DNA of 39,909 nucleotides from a bacterium (GTDB lineage: Bacteria > Oederibacteriota > JAJYGY01 > DAIDJD01), in NCBI GenBank assembly GCA_035485275.1, contig DATHOE010000036.1, forward strand, positions 1 through 39,909. The letters run 5' to 3'. Positions within the stretch are counted from its first letter, which is position 1. Each line of letters opens with the position of its first letter. Positions 21,859-30,923 of this stretch are shown here, in pieces. The notes beneath the pieces were generated by a model. It was not told the DNA's origin. It was given only the letters and a program-made list of their open reading frames with translations, and searched no databases. A program made the translations under genes and the position numbers.

Positions 21859-22193
21859 ACTTCCGCTCCAAACCGAGAAAGATGTAATGAAACTTCATGT
21901 ACACGGATATCCAGAATTGTCAAAAGAATTTCACTGGCCACCAAGGCTCCCTCCAACAGGCAAACCAATTCCCACCCCAACCGAGACATGTCTATATCTG
22001 GGAATAATTTCATGACCTCTCCAGTGATAACTAGGCCAAGTGTCAAAGAACCGATTGCCACCCAAACCAAGAGATTGGTAAAAAAATTATATGAATTATC
22101 ACTCGGATCGAGTGACTCTCTTTTAATAAGAAAGTAACGAAACAAAAAAAATAGCGCTATCCCCATTGGAACCGCACAGAGATACCCCATATT
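21855..22193 (-). CDS. small membrane protein (3 predicted TM helices), low-GC islet
   Basis: Start taken at internal ATG (MGYLCAVPMGIALFFLF...). The track ORF extends to 22304 and overlaps the upstream ORF. Confidence 0.35.
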   Translation of the reverse strand, partial: NMGYLCAVPMGIALFFLFRYFLIKRESLDPSDNSYNFFTNLLVWVAIGSLTLGLVITGEVMKLFPDIDMSRLGWELVCLLEGALVASEILLTILDIRVHEVSLHLSRFGAEV

Positions 22194-22206
22194 TTTCTCC
22201 TCGAAA

Positions 22207-22563
22207 TTATCGTTTACAGGGTTGATTGCCTTCTCGCTTACTATGGAAAAGACTTTCAGTGATTCTGTCCGTCGTCCAACCGAAAACCCCTCCGAATAGG
22301 TCATTTAGGTTTCTCCCAATATCCCCTAAATTACCACTCAGAGAATACTGTGGAATTGGCGAAAAATTATTCTCAGTGCTATCAAATGGGTCGGCAGTAT
22401 AGGTTGTATCAACACCTCCAAGTCCTTCGGCCGCCTCTCCTAAGGCCAACAAACCGTTTACGCCAGCAGCAATAATGTGATGCCGATATTTCCAGGGCGG
22501 CCTGACAGTCCCCTGCCGAATCTCAGCGAAAGAATGCTCGAGTCGAAAAAAATCCCAACTCAC
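22207..22563 (-). CDS. hypothetical ORF (GTG start, no internal Met); possibly a degraded gene
   Basis: 118-aa ORF, Gly-rich central segment AAGVNGLLALGEAAEGLGG. Weak start context. Confidence 0.2.
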   Translation of the reverse strand: MSWDFFRLEHSFAEIRQGTVRPPWKYRHHIIAAGVNGLLALGEAAEGLGGVDTTYTADPFDSTENNFSPIPQYSLSGNLGDIGRNLNDLFGGVFGWTTDRITESLFHSKREGNQPCKR

Positions 22564-22690
22564 TTAGGGACGCTATATTCATGGGAGTGCTCCGGTTGTA
22601 GCTGGCATTTGTCGTTCTGACAGCTTTGCTACACCCTTCCAGGACCGATATTTCGTCTCAGGGGCGGCTCCATTCCGCAAAAAAGCCATA

Positions 22691-24100
22691 TTATCCCGGT
22701 CGTCGGGACGGCACAGCGCCGGAATATAGCCACAATTCCGTACCTGGCCCGCGGAGCACCTGGGAAGGCGATCCCAAGGTGGTGCGGATAGCCTGGGGGT
22801 CCAATCCACCCGGCACCACGAACTGGACCTTGGTACCGGACGAGAAAACGCCGCGATCCACCATCCAGACATAGGGCTGCAGGCGCCCCGATACCACAGT
22901 GGCCGGGGCGACTTGCAGATCCCCCTCGCTCAGGACATTCAGTTGTCTCGCGGAATCATAGTCCGCCAAACCGGACTTGAGCCCGCGCGGAGCAAGCTGG
23001 GCCTGCACCCATTGGACTCGGCCCAGGACCGGAAGCGCCAGGGGCCTCAAAGAATCCAGGTACAGGAGCCCGAACAACCCGGCCGCAAGCAACGGCAAAG
23101 GCTTCCCTTCCAGCATCCTGCTCAGCTCCAAGGGAAGCAGGGGAACACTCAGCCAGATGAAGGCGATGAAATAACGGCCGGTGAACTGGCCCCCCAGGGC
23201 GGACACCCCGAAGCCCGACAGGACCATCAGGGCCACGGCAAGCGCGAACCATCCGTCCAAAGGGCGCGTCCTGAAGCGGCCCAGCAGCAGGACCAGGACC
23301 GCGGCGCCCAAGACAGCGGCCCAGGAAGGGCTCTTGAACGCGGCCAGGGCCTGGGCCGTGAAAGCATCCAGCATTGCGGCCCCGTGTCCCGCGAAGTAGG
23401 ACCACTGGAAATGGGCGATCTGCATGCCCAAACGCTTCCAGTACCAAAGCGTCGCGTAACGGACTCCCACGGACAAGGCCGCCGCCGACCAAATACGGCG
23501 TCGGGCTTTGCCGCTCAGGCCCAAACTGAGGGTCAAAGCCGGAAGCAGCACCCATGCCGGGACGATCTGGTCGGAGGCCCAGGTCAGGCCGGTCCATAAA
23601 GCGGCCCAAAGCACCGCTATCCAGGAGGATAGACGCTTGTCCTGCCCCAGTGCCCAGGTCAAGAAAGCCAGGCAGCACAGCAGGGCGCCGCCGTGGTATC
23701 CCGGAACCAGGGCCCCGTCCAATCCGTTGGCGCCGTTCAGAAAGGGCAGCAGAAGGAGCAGGCCGGCCGCGGCATAGGCGCGGGCGGCGGAACCGTCCAA
23801 ATTCCAAAGGCGCTTCATCAGCCGGGCGAGGAACCACCACACAAGAAAACCGAAAATCATGCCGCAGCAGGCCTGGCGACCGACGGGATCCGGGCAGCAC
23901 TGCGCCGATATCCCGTAGATCAGGACGTCCGGAAACAGGTAGGGCTGCGGGCCCATGGTCCAAGCGCCGAGATGCCCGCCGCTTTGGAGCCTGTTCCAAA
24001 GGTCGGCCACGACCAGGGCGTCCCCGTCCAGGGCCAGGTGGACCCCCAACCAGGCTTTTAGGGCCGCCAACCAAAGGAATCCGAAGAGCCAACCCAACAT
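22691..24100 (-). CDS. polytopic integral membrane protein (>=10 TM) with ~120-aa C-terminal soluble domain; possibly a GT-C-type glycosyltransferase (PMT/ArnT/GtrC-like)
   Basis: ATG at 24100 with GAGGTGG RBS. 469 aa. Aromatic-rich TM helices. Family call is by architecture only. Confidence 0.65.
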   Translation of the reverse strand: MLGWLFGFLWLAALKAWLGVHLALDGDALVVADLWNRLQSGGHLGAWTMGPQPYLFPDVLIYGISAQCCPDPVGRQACCGMIFGFLVWWFLARLMKRLWNLDGSAARAYAAAGLLLLLPFLNGANGLDGALVPGYHGGALLCCLAFLTWALGQDKRLSSWIAVLWAALWTGLTWASDQIVPAWVLLPALTLSLGLSGKARRRIWSAAALSVGVRYATLWYWKRLGMQIAHFQWSYFAGHGAAMLDAFTAQALAAFKSPSWAAVLGAAVLVLLLGRFRTRPLDGWFALAVALMVLSGFGVSALGGQFTGRYFIAFIWLSVPLLPLELSRMLEGKPLPLLAAGLFGLLYLDSLRPLALPVLGRVQWVQAQLAPRGLKSGLADYDSARQLNVLSEGDLQVAPATVVSGRLQPYVWMVDRGVFSSGTKVQFVVPGGLDPQAIRTTLGSPSQVLRGPGTELWLYSGAVPSRRPG

Positions 24101-24145
24101 CCGTCCACCACCTCAATTGCGGTTCTGCCATTGGAGCCGAAAAAC

Positions 24146-24190
24146 GGCATTTTAGAAATCTGCTGCTCTATCCAGCTGAGCTACGGGACC
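24146..24190 (-). pseudogene. 5' half of a tRNA-Arg(UCU)-like gene, truncated after the anticodon loop
   Basis: GGTCCCGTAGCTCAGCTGGATAGAGCAGCAGATTTCTAAAATGCC has acceptor 5' strand, perfect D-arm (GCTC/GAGC) and anticodon loop TTTCTAA. No 3' anticodon-stem strand, T-arm or acceptor 3' strand follows. Confidence 0.5.
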
Positions 24191-24580
24191 TTGGCGTTTA
24201 CGGGCCTTTTTGAGTTCGCTCTATCTGCCAGAAGCCTGAGGTAACACCTGAGTACCAAGATTTTGAACCGAACTCCAGGTTTCCCTCATAAGAGACGCAG
24301 TATCCCCAAGTTGCCTGTGGCCTTCAACCTGATCCTTTTCCGCCCGCAAACAGCGTTGGCTGCGGTATGGATCATCGCCCGGGTGGCGCGGCGACTGCCC
24401 ACGAACTCCTTGAACGCGGTCGTGCGGTGCCGGTGCAGGTCTTCAGAGTTGATTCGGTTTGAGCCTTTTTTTGCCGGAAGCCGAACCAGGGGCCTCAAAC
24501 GGCGTTCCATCTGGCTCCCACTCCCGTTTAAACGTTATATCGAGTCAGCCATTTGCGGGCCAGTTCCTTGAACAGCGTGT

Positions 24581-25687
24581 TCACCCCGCCGGCGCGAAAA
24601 TACGGGAAAGCCGACGCCGTACAGGGCCGTCCCATACCTGGTCGAGCCAGCCAGCCAGGGCCACGACTGCCGCCATGGCGGCGAGACCCAGCATGGGCGA
24701 TCCCGATGGAGATAAATGTAGGGCCGCAAAGGCCCAATAGCTAAGCAATAAAATTTGCACGTGCAAAATATAGATGCCGTAGCTGGTGGCCCCCAGAAAA
24801 GCCAAGAACCCGGTCTGACGGTCCCCGGATGACTCGCTGACCGCACCCAGGAGGACGCAGCAAGGAAGCAGGACCAGCACAGCGACCATCTCATAGACCG
24901 GCCGCCATGCCAAGGACGGCTCCGCGCTGAGCACCAGAAAGGCCAGCAACAACACAATCCAGGGATTCAATTTCGGTACCTTGACCTTGTCCATCCGCTG
25001 TATCACCAGGCCCAGGCCGAAGGAGTAGAGGACCCTGCAGGTTCCAAACCCGGCCTGGATCCAACCCCAGGACATTCCGCCGTTGCTGCCGCCGGCATTC
25101 ACCAGATAGGCGAACCCGACGCCGGCCAGGACCACCACTGTTCCCAGAATGACCGGCCTCAAAAAGGCCTTTAGCCGCGCCCATAACAGGTTCACCAGCA
25201 GTTCATAGGCCAGGGTCCATGCCGGCAAGAGGGGATACAATAGGGGGGTAAAGGGGGTGGGCAGCATCAATACGGTGAGAACGCCGCAGCCGAAGAGGGC
25301 GCCGGGGGTCCACCCAAGGGTGTTGCCGCCATACCGCATGTCGAAGAACCGCAGCGCAATGGCCAGCACGGCACCGACGGCGTAGAGGGGATAAAAACGT
25401 ATTATGCGTATCTTCAAAAAACCTGACAGGCTTAGGCCAGCCTCCAGGCGTCCCGAGTAGGCGTCGGCGATGACCACCCCGCTGAGGACGTAAAACAGGT
25501 CGACCGCGAGAAAGCCTTCGTAAAAATGGTATCCGAAATAGCGCATTGGGGCGGAAAGGCCGACATGGAAGAGCATCACCATAAGGGCTCCCACGCCCCT
25601 GAGGCCGTCCAAGGTATAGAAGCGACGATGGGAGACTAATTTGGCGCCGTCCCTTAAGGGCGCATGCGTGGACGCCCCCGTGCCCAT
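24581..25687 (-). CDS. acyltransferase family 3 (OafA/YrhL-like) membrane protein
   Basis: ATG at 25687, after an AT-rich intergenic region. FYTLDGLRGVGALMVMLFH N-terminal motif. Multiple TM helices. 368 aa. Confidence 0.8.
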   Translation of the reverse strand: MGTGASTHAPLRDGAKLVSHRRFYTLDGLRGVGALMVMLFHVGLSAPMRYFGYHFYEGFLAVDLFYVLSGVVIADAYSGRLEAGLSLSGFLKIRIIRFYPLYAVGAVLAIALRFFDMRYGGNTLGWTPGALFGCGVLTVLMLPTPFTPLLYPLLPAWTLAYELLVNLLWARLKAFLRPVILGTVVVLAGVGFAYLVNAGGSNGGMSWGWIQAGFGTCRVLYSFGLGLVIQRMDKVKVPKLNPWIVLLLAFLVLSAEPSLAWRPVYEMVAVLVLLPCCVLLGAVSESSGDRQTGFLAFLGATSYGIYILHVQILLLSYWAFAALHLSPSGSPMLGLAAMAAVVALAGWLDQVWDGPVRRRLSRIFAPAG

Positions 25688-25899
25688 CAATACCCCTTCG
25701 TCGCGATGTATGCCGTGATCATTTCGTAATTCCTTGGATAGTGTGAACGCAGGTCGAATACTGTCATGTTTCAAGAGAGGCCTACACCAAGAAGCAGGGT
25801 GCCCCAATTTTTTTGGACTTTCCTGCGGCTAGTTTTCCAATCCGGGTCTAGCTCCCAGCAAATTCGCCATCTCGGAAAAAATCCGGCGGCTTTCCCCGA

Positions 25900-26973
25900 C
25901 TAGGGCAGCGCGAACATTGCCTTGGAACGCCCGGCCAACCAACGCCGGACCGGCAGATCATAGGCCCGCCCCAGGCCGTCGGCCAGCAGAACGACCAGCC
26001 CCATGGTCGCCACCGCGAACCAGAAACCGGGCGTCGGGCCAAGGGGCGCAAGCAGCCTGTAGCACAGGGCCACCACCGGCAGGTGCAGCATGTAGATCCC
26101 GTAACTGGCGTCGCCGAAAAAGGCGAAGCCCCGCGATTCCCATCGATACAGGGGCTCGCTGTTGGAGGCCAAGAGCACGACCATCGGCAGGACCACCAGC
26201 ACGGCGCAGAGGTCGAAGCCGGAGCCGAAACGGGCGGGATCCGCGGTCAGGACCGCCAGAGCCAGGCCCAGCGGGATCCACGGATTCACCCCAAACGGAA
26301 AACCCCTGCGGAAACGGCTGATGAACAGCCCCATCCCGAAGGAGTACAGGATCCGGCAGCTCGCCATCCCCACGGAGTCCCTGCTCCACACCGAATCCGT
26401 GTTCACGCTGACCGAACGCGCCAGAACCAGGTACAGCATCCCGCAGGCGGCCGCGGCCACGACGAGCGCAAGGCCCGCGGCGCGGACCTTGGGGCGCAGG
26501 AGGGCCCAGGCCAGGTTCACCAGAAGTTCGTAGGCCAGGGACCAGGCCGCGATGAGCAGGGGATAGAGGCTGATGAAGCCGAGCAGGGGCGGCGTCGGCA
26601 GAAGGAGGGCCGAAAAAGCCAGGCTGCCGGCCAGGTCGCCCGGGTTCCAGTCGGGGTTGTGGGCCCCGAAACGGCTGGCCAGGACCCCGGCCAGCAGGCC
26701 CAGGAGGGTGGAGATCGCGTAGAACGGATACAGGCGGATGAAGCGGATCGCCATGAAGCCGCCCACGCTCAGGCGGGCCGCCAGGCGCTCCCCGTAGGCT
26801 TCGGCGAGGACCAGCCCGCTCAGGACAAAAAACAGGTCGACCGCAAGGCAGCCGTGGGGGCAGAAGGACCGCAGGTAGTCGTTGTGGAAGGCCATCACGG
26901 TCAAGGCCCCCAGTCCGCGCAGGGCGTCGACCGTCATGAAACGATGGGTGCGCATCCCTGTCATTTCCGGCAT
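25900..26973 (-). CDS. acyltransferase family 3 (OafA/YrhL-like) membrane protein, paralogue
   Basis: MPEMTGMRTHRFMTVDALRGLGALTVMAFH... Same architecture. 357 aa. Confidence 0.8.
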   Translation of the reverse strand: MPEMTGMRTHRFMTVDALRGLGALTVMAFHNDYLRSFCPHGCLAVDLFFVLSGLVLAEAYGERLAARLSVGGFMAIRFIRLYPFYAISTLLGLLAGVLASRFGAHNPDWNPGDLAGSLAFSALLLPTPPLLGFISLYPLLIAAWSLAYELLVNLAWALLRPKVRAAGLALVVAAAACGMLYLVLARSVSVNTDSVWSRDSVGMASCRILYSFGMGLFISRFRRGFPFGVNPWIPLGLALAVLTADPARFGSGFDLCAVLVVLPMVVLLASNSEPLYRWESRGFAFFGDASYGIYMLHLPVVALCYRLLAPLGPTPGFWFAVATMGLVVLLADGLGRAYDLPVRRWLAGRSKAMFALP

Positions 26974-26992
26974 AGGTCCTCGGAGGTACTTC

Positions 26993-27403
26993 CTAAAGCT
27001 CCGCCAGCCACTCTCGCGCCTTGGTTTCGTCCTCAAAATAGGCCATCTTCAGGTCCACCTCCACGCCCCGGACGCGGGCGTAGAAGCGGTAGGCCGCGAT
27101 CACGACCTTCATGCTCCCCGTGACCCTCAGCAGGGCCAGCTTGGTCACGATGCGGTCGTGGGAGGGGATGGCCTCCTTCCACATGCGGGTCAGGGCGATG
27201 TCGTGCGACCCGTTCTCCAGGTCCGCCAGGACCCGCACCGAGCCTTCCGGCTGCGACAGGACGGCGTCCTGGAAGGCGTGGAAAAGCGCGTAGGCCTCCT
27301 CCAGGCTGTTGTTGGAGCAGTCAAAAACCAGGATCCGCCCCAGCTTGTCCTTTTCCCACCGCACGCGCCGTCCCAGGGACGGCTTCGCAGCGCTTCCCGC
27401 CAC
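26993..27403 (-). CDS. small hypothetical protein, STAS/SpoIIAA-like (tentative)
   Basis: GTG at 27403 preceded by AGGGGT. The track 5' extension overlaps the glgP 3' end out of frame and is rejected. 136 aa. Confidence 0.45.
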   Translation of the reverse strand: MAGSAAKPSLGRRVRWEKDKLGRILVFDCSNNSLEEAYALFHAFQDAVLSQPEGSVRVLADLENGSHDIALTRMWKEAIPSHDRIVTKLALLRVTGSMKVVIAAYRFYARVRGVEVDLKMAYFEDETKAREWLAEL

Positions 27404-27411
27404 GCCGACCC

Positions 27412-29547
27412 CTACTTCCCTAGCTCGCAGCTGATGGCGCCGGCCACGGGCAGGTAGGCGTTGAGCATGTAGTCCTTCACCATGCGCGAGGCGCTGTAGC
27501 GCCACACCAGGCTCTCGAGGGTGTGCTTCATGCGGCGCACCCAATGGCGCGGGATGCCGTCGCTCCCCCGGTCATAGAACAGGGGCAGCACCTGGGCCTC
27601 CAGGACCTCGTACAGCGAGCCCGCGTCGCGGCCGCGCTGGACCTGGTTGTCGGCGTGCACCATGGTCGAACCGATGGCGAAGCCGTTCATGCCGTCGAAG
27701 GCCTCGTCCCACCAGCCGTCCAGGATGCTCAGGTTCAGGTTGCCGTTGAGGGAGACCTTCATGCCGCTGGTGCCGCAGGCCTCCAGCGGGCGCTCGGGGT
27801 TGTTCAGCCACACGTCCACGCCCTGCACCAGCTGGCGCGAGATGCCGATGTCGTAGTCCTCGACGAAGACCAGCTTCCCGAAGAACTCCGGGCTGTGGCT
27901 GAGCTGGTAGAGCTGCTTGATCAGGCCCTTGCCGGGCTCGTCCGCGGGGTGGGCCTTGCCGGCGTAGATGAACTGCACCGGACGGGCGGGGTCGTTCACC
28001 ACGCGCCTGAGCCGCTCCACGTCCTCCATGATCAGGGTGGCGCGCTTGTAGGTGGCGAAACGCCGCGAGAAGCCGATGGTCAGCTTGGCGGGGTCGAGCG
28101 CCTTGTCCCAGGGCGCGGCGGCCTCCCCGCGGCGCAGGGCCGACTTCTTCAGGTTTTCGCGCACCGCGTGGATCATGTTGCTCTTCAACAGGACGTGGGT
28201 CTCCCACAGCTCCCCCGGGTGCATGTCCCTGATGCCCGCCATGAGGGAGGGCAGGTCGCTCACCCGCTGTTCCCAGTCGCGGCCCAGCTCCTTCTCGAAG
28301 AGGCGGTGCAGGACCGGCGCCATCCAGGTCCCCATGTGCACGCCGTTGGTGACGTGCCCGATGGGGATCTCGTCCACAGGGCGGCCCGGCCACAGGACCT
28401 GCCACATGTCGCGGCTGACCTTGCCGTGCAGGTTGCTCACCGCGTTGTGGCGGCTGCTTCCCTTCAGGCAGAGCACCGTCATGCAGAAGGGCTCCCCCTC
28501 GTTGTCCACGGATTCGCGGCCGAGCCCCATGAAGCCCTTGCTGTCCAGGCGCAGCCGGGCGCGCATCCAGCCCAGGTGCTTCTCCATGAGCTCGGCGCCG
28601 AAACGGTCGTGGCCCGCGGGCACGGGCGTGTGGGTGGTGAAGCAGGTCTGGCGCTTGGTGTCGGACCAGGCGTGGTGGAAGTCGAGCCCGTCGTCGTCCA
28701 TGCGCTCGCGGGCGCGCTCCAGCGTGGCGAATCCGCAGTGACCCTCGTTGAGGTGCAGGACCGTGGGGCGTATTCCGGCGAGGCGCAGCGCCCGCAGGCC
28801 GCCGACGCCCAGGACGATCTCCTGGCGCAGGCGTTTTTCGTGGTCCCCGCTGTACAGGCGGTCGGTCAGTCCGCGGCCTTCGTCGTCGTTCTCGGGGAGG
28901 TCCGTGTCCATCAGGAAGAGGCGCACGCGGCCGACCTGCACCTGCCAGACCCGCACGTGCAGGGGCGATCCCGCGGTCTCGATGGTGAAACGGATGTCCT
29001 TGCCGGCGGGCGTCTGGGCCGGCCGCACGGGCAGGTTCTCCAGCACGTTGGCCTCGTAGCGCTCCTGCTGGCGGCCGGTCGCGTCGATCCACTGGTGGAA
29101 GTAGCCGTTGGCGTAGAGCAGGCCGACGCCCACCAGGGGGATCCCCATGTCGCTGGAGGCCTTCAAGTGGTCCCCGGCCAGGATGCCCAGGCCCCCGGAA
29201 TAGATGGGCAGGCACTCATGGATGCCGAATTCCGCGGAAAAATAGGCCACCGGCGCGGCGTTCAGGGGGCCGGCCTTGATGCCGCCCAGGAGCCCCGCGC
29301 TTTCCATGTAGTCGCGCTGGCGGCGGTGGGCGTAAAGGATGCGGGTGTTGAGGGGGGATTCCCCGCCGCGCCGCTCGACCTCCGCTTCGGGCATCTGTTT
29401 CAAGAGGGCCACGGGATTGTGGTTGGTGGACTCCCACAGTTCCGGGTCGAGCTGGCGGAAGAGCTCCTGCAGTTCCGGCTGCCAGGACCAGTGCAGGTTC
29501 ATGGCGATGTCCCACAGGCGCTGGGTCAGGGTCAATTCATTCGACAT
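27412..29547 (-). CDS. glgP: alpha-glucan (glycogen/maltodextrin) phosphorylase, GlgP family
   Basis: ATG at 29547 with AAAGGGA RBS. WSWQPEL...YFSAEFGIHECLPIYSGGLGILAGDHLKASSD... PLP-binding region ...ACGTSGMK. 711 aa. Confidence 0.88.
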   Translation of the reverse strand: MSNELTLTQRLWDIAMNLHWSWQPELQELFRQLDPELWESTNHNPVALLKQMPEAEVERRGGESPLNTRILYAHRRQRDYMESAGLLGGIKAGPLNAAPVAYFSAEFGIHECLPIYSGGLGILAGDHLKASSDMGIPLVGVGLLYANGYFHQWIDATGRQQERYEANVLENLPVRPAQTPAGKDIRFTIETAGSPLHVRVWQVQVGRVRLFLMDTDLPENDDEGRGLTDRLYSGDHEKRLRQEIVLGVGGLRALRLAGIRPTVLHLNEGHCGFATLERARERMDDDGLDFHHAWSDTKRQTCFTTHTPVPAGHDRFGAELMEKHLGWMRARLRLDSKGFMGLGRESVDNEGEPFCMTVLCLKGSSRHNAVSNLHGKVSRDMWQVLWPGRPVDEIPIGHVTNGVHMGTWMAPVLHRLFEKELGRDWEQRVSDLPSLMAGIRDMHPGELWETHVLLKSNMIHAVRENLKKSALRRGEAAAPWDKALDPAKLTIGFSRRFATYKRATLIMEDVERLRRVVNDPARPVQFIYAGKAHPADEPGKGLIKQLYQLSHSPEFFGKLVFVEDYDIGISRQLVQGVDVWLNNPERPLEACGTSGMKVSLNGNLNLSILDGWWDEAFDGMNGFAIGSTMVHADNQVQRGRDAGSLYEVLEAQVLPLFYDRGSDGIPRHWVRRMKHTLESLVWRYSASRMVKDYMLNAYLPVAGAISCELGK

Positions 29548-29671
29548 GGAATCCCTTTCAAATCGGGCGAAAAACGCCAATACCGGCCGTGAATAATGGC
29601 GATGATTTTAAGGCATCATACCCAAGGGGCAAAGGCCTTTGACAAGAAAACTGACAAGGCTCCCTCCGGAC

Positions 29672-30181
29672 CTAGGCCGGCTTGCTGGCCCCCTGTTCCT
29701 GCCACCTTTTGTCCACGGCCGCGACCTTGTCCTCGTTGGACTTGCGCCAGGCCTTCAAGCGCGTGGCCAGGGCCGGATCGGCCAGGGAAATCATCTGGGC
29801 CGCGAGCAGGCCCGCGTTCTTGCCCGCGTTCACGCCCACCGTGGCCACCGGCACACCCGCGGGCATCTGCACGATGCTCAGCAGGCTGTCCAGGCCGTTG
29901 AGCGCCTTGCCCAGCACGGGCACGCCCACCACCGGCAGGGCGGTCAGCGCCGCGGTGACGCCGGGCAGGTGGGCCGCGCCGCCGGCGCCGGCGATGATGA
30001 CCTTCAGCCCGCGGCCCTCTGCCTCCTGGGCGTACTGCATGGCCCTCAAGGGCGTGCGGTGGGCCGACACCACGCGCAATTCGCTGGCCACGCCCAATTC
30101 CGTGAGGATGTCCGCGGCCGGACGCATGACGTCCAGGTCCGAATCGCTGCCCATGATGATGCCCACCAAGGTCTTTTCCAT
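29672..30181 (-). CDS. purE: 5-(carboxyamino)imidazole ribonucleotide mutase
   Basis: [14 protein letters not shown] ... [15 protein letters not shown], 169 aa. Confidence 0.9.
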   Translation of the reverse strand: MEKTLVGIIMGSDSDLDVMRPAADILTELGVASELRVVSAHRTPLRAMQYAQEAEGRGLKVIIAGAGGAAHLPGVTAALTALPVVGVPVLGKALNGLDSLLSIVQMPAGVPVATVGVNAGKNAGLLAAQMISLADPALATRLKAWRKSNEDKVAAVDKRWQEQGASKPA

Positions 30182-30191
30182 GTCCGCTCCT

Positions 30192-30923
30192 TTAATAGGT
30201 TTTGAGTAATTCCAAAGTGTGCCCGGGATCGCGCACCGCGACGCAGTCCACCACGCGCCGCGCCGGGCTGTCGTTCCCCCCCTCCTGGAGGTTGTCGCCG
30301 AAAAACAACGCCTCTTCGGGCTTCAGGCCGCTGTGCTCGAGAAAGCGGCGGATGCCCCATTCCTTGTCCACGCCCGCGGGCGTGATGTCGATGCTGCTGG
30401 TCCCGCCGCGCCGGATGTTGTAGCCCTGGCCCAGCTCCCGGACCAGCTCCACGATCCAGGCCTCGCGCCGCCCGCCGTCCGGGTCAAAGGCCCGTTTGGC
30501 CGCGTCGTCGGCGTTCCTGCCGATGGCCGACAGGGTGATCTGGGCCCCCCGGTCCTGCAATTGGTCCTCGCGGGTGGTCTGGGAACGGATGTCGTGGCGC
30601 AGGATGAGGCGCTCGAAGGCCCCCAGCACCGCGGCCTTTTCCCCGGGACTGAACTCCCGGCGCAGGATCTCCCTGGAGCGCGGCTTGCCGTCCTCGAAGC
30701 CGACCTCGGCGTAATGGCCGCCGGACACGCCCAGGAGGTGGTGGGGGACCCGCAAAATGGGCGTGATCTGGGCGGATATCTGGGCCAGGGTGCTGCCGCT
30801 GATGAAGGCGAAGATCCTGCCTTCCCGCACGATGCGCCCGATCTCCGCGGCCATGGCGGGCTCCATGGGCCGCGTGCTGGGGCAGACCGTGTCGTCGACG
30901 TCCGCGATAAATGCCTTCTTCAA
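30192..30923 (-). CDS. eukaryotic-type phosphomannomutase-like HAD-IIB hydrolase
   Basis: TTG start with GGAGG upstream, overlapping the upstream stop (TTGA). FIADVDDTV (DxD), [26 protein letters not shown] all parallel PMM2 motifs. Confidence 0.75.
   Translation of the reverse strand: MKKAFIADVDDTVCPSTRPMEPAMAAEIGRIVREGRIFAFISGSTLAQISAQITPILRVPHHLLGVSGGHYAEVGFEDGKPRSREILRREFSPGEKAAVLGAFERLILRHDIRSQTTREDQLQDRGAQITLSAIGRNADDAAKRAFDPDGGRREAWIVELVRELGQGYNIRRGGTSSIDITPAGVDKEWGIRRFLEHSGLKPEEALFFGDNLQEGGNDSPARRVVDCVAVRDPGHTLELLKTY

Noticed and set aside
24286-24510. 74-aa Arg-rich ORF between the tRNA fragment and acyltransferase gene
   Set aside because: No start context, composition typical of random GC-rich frame.
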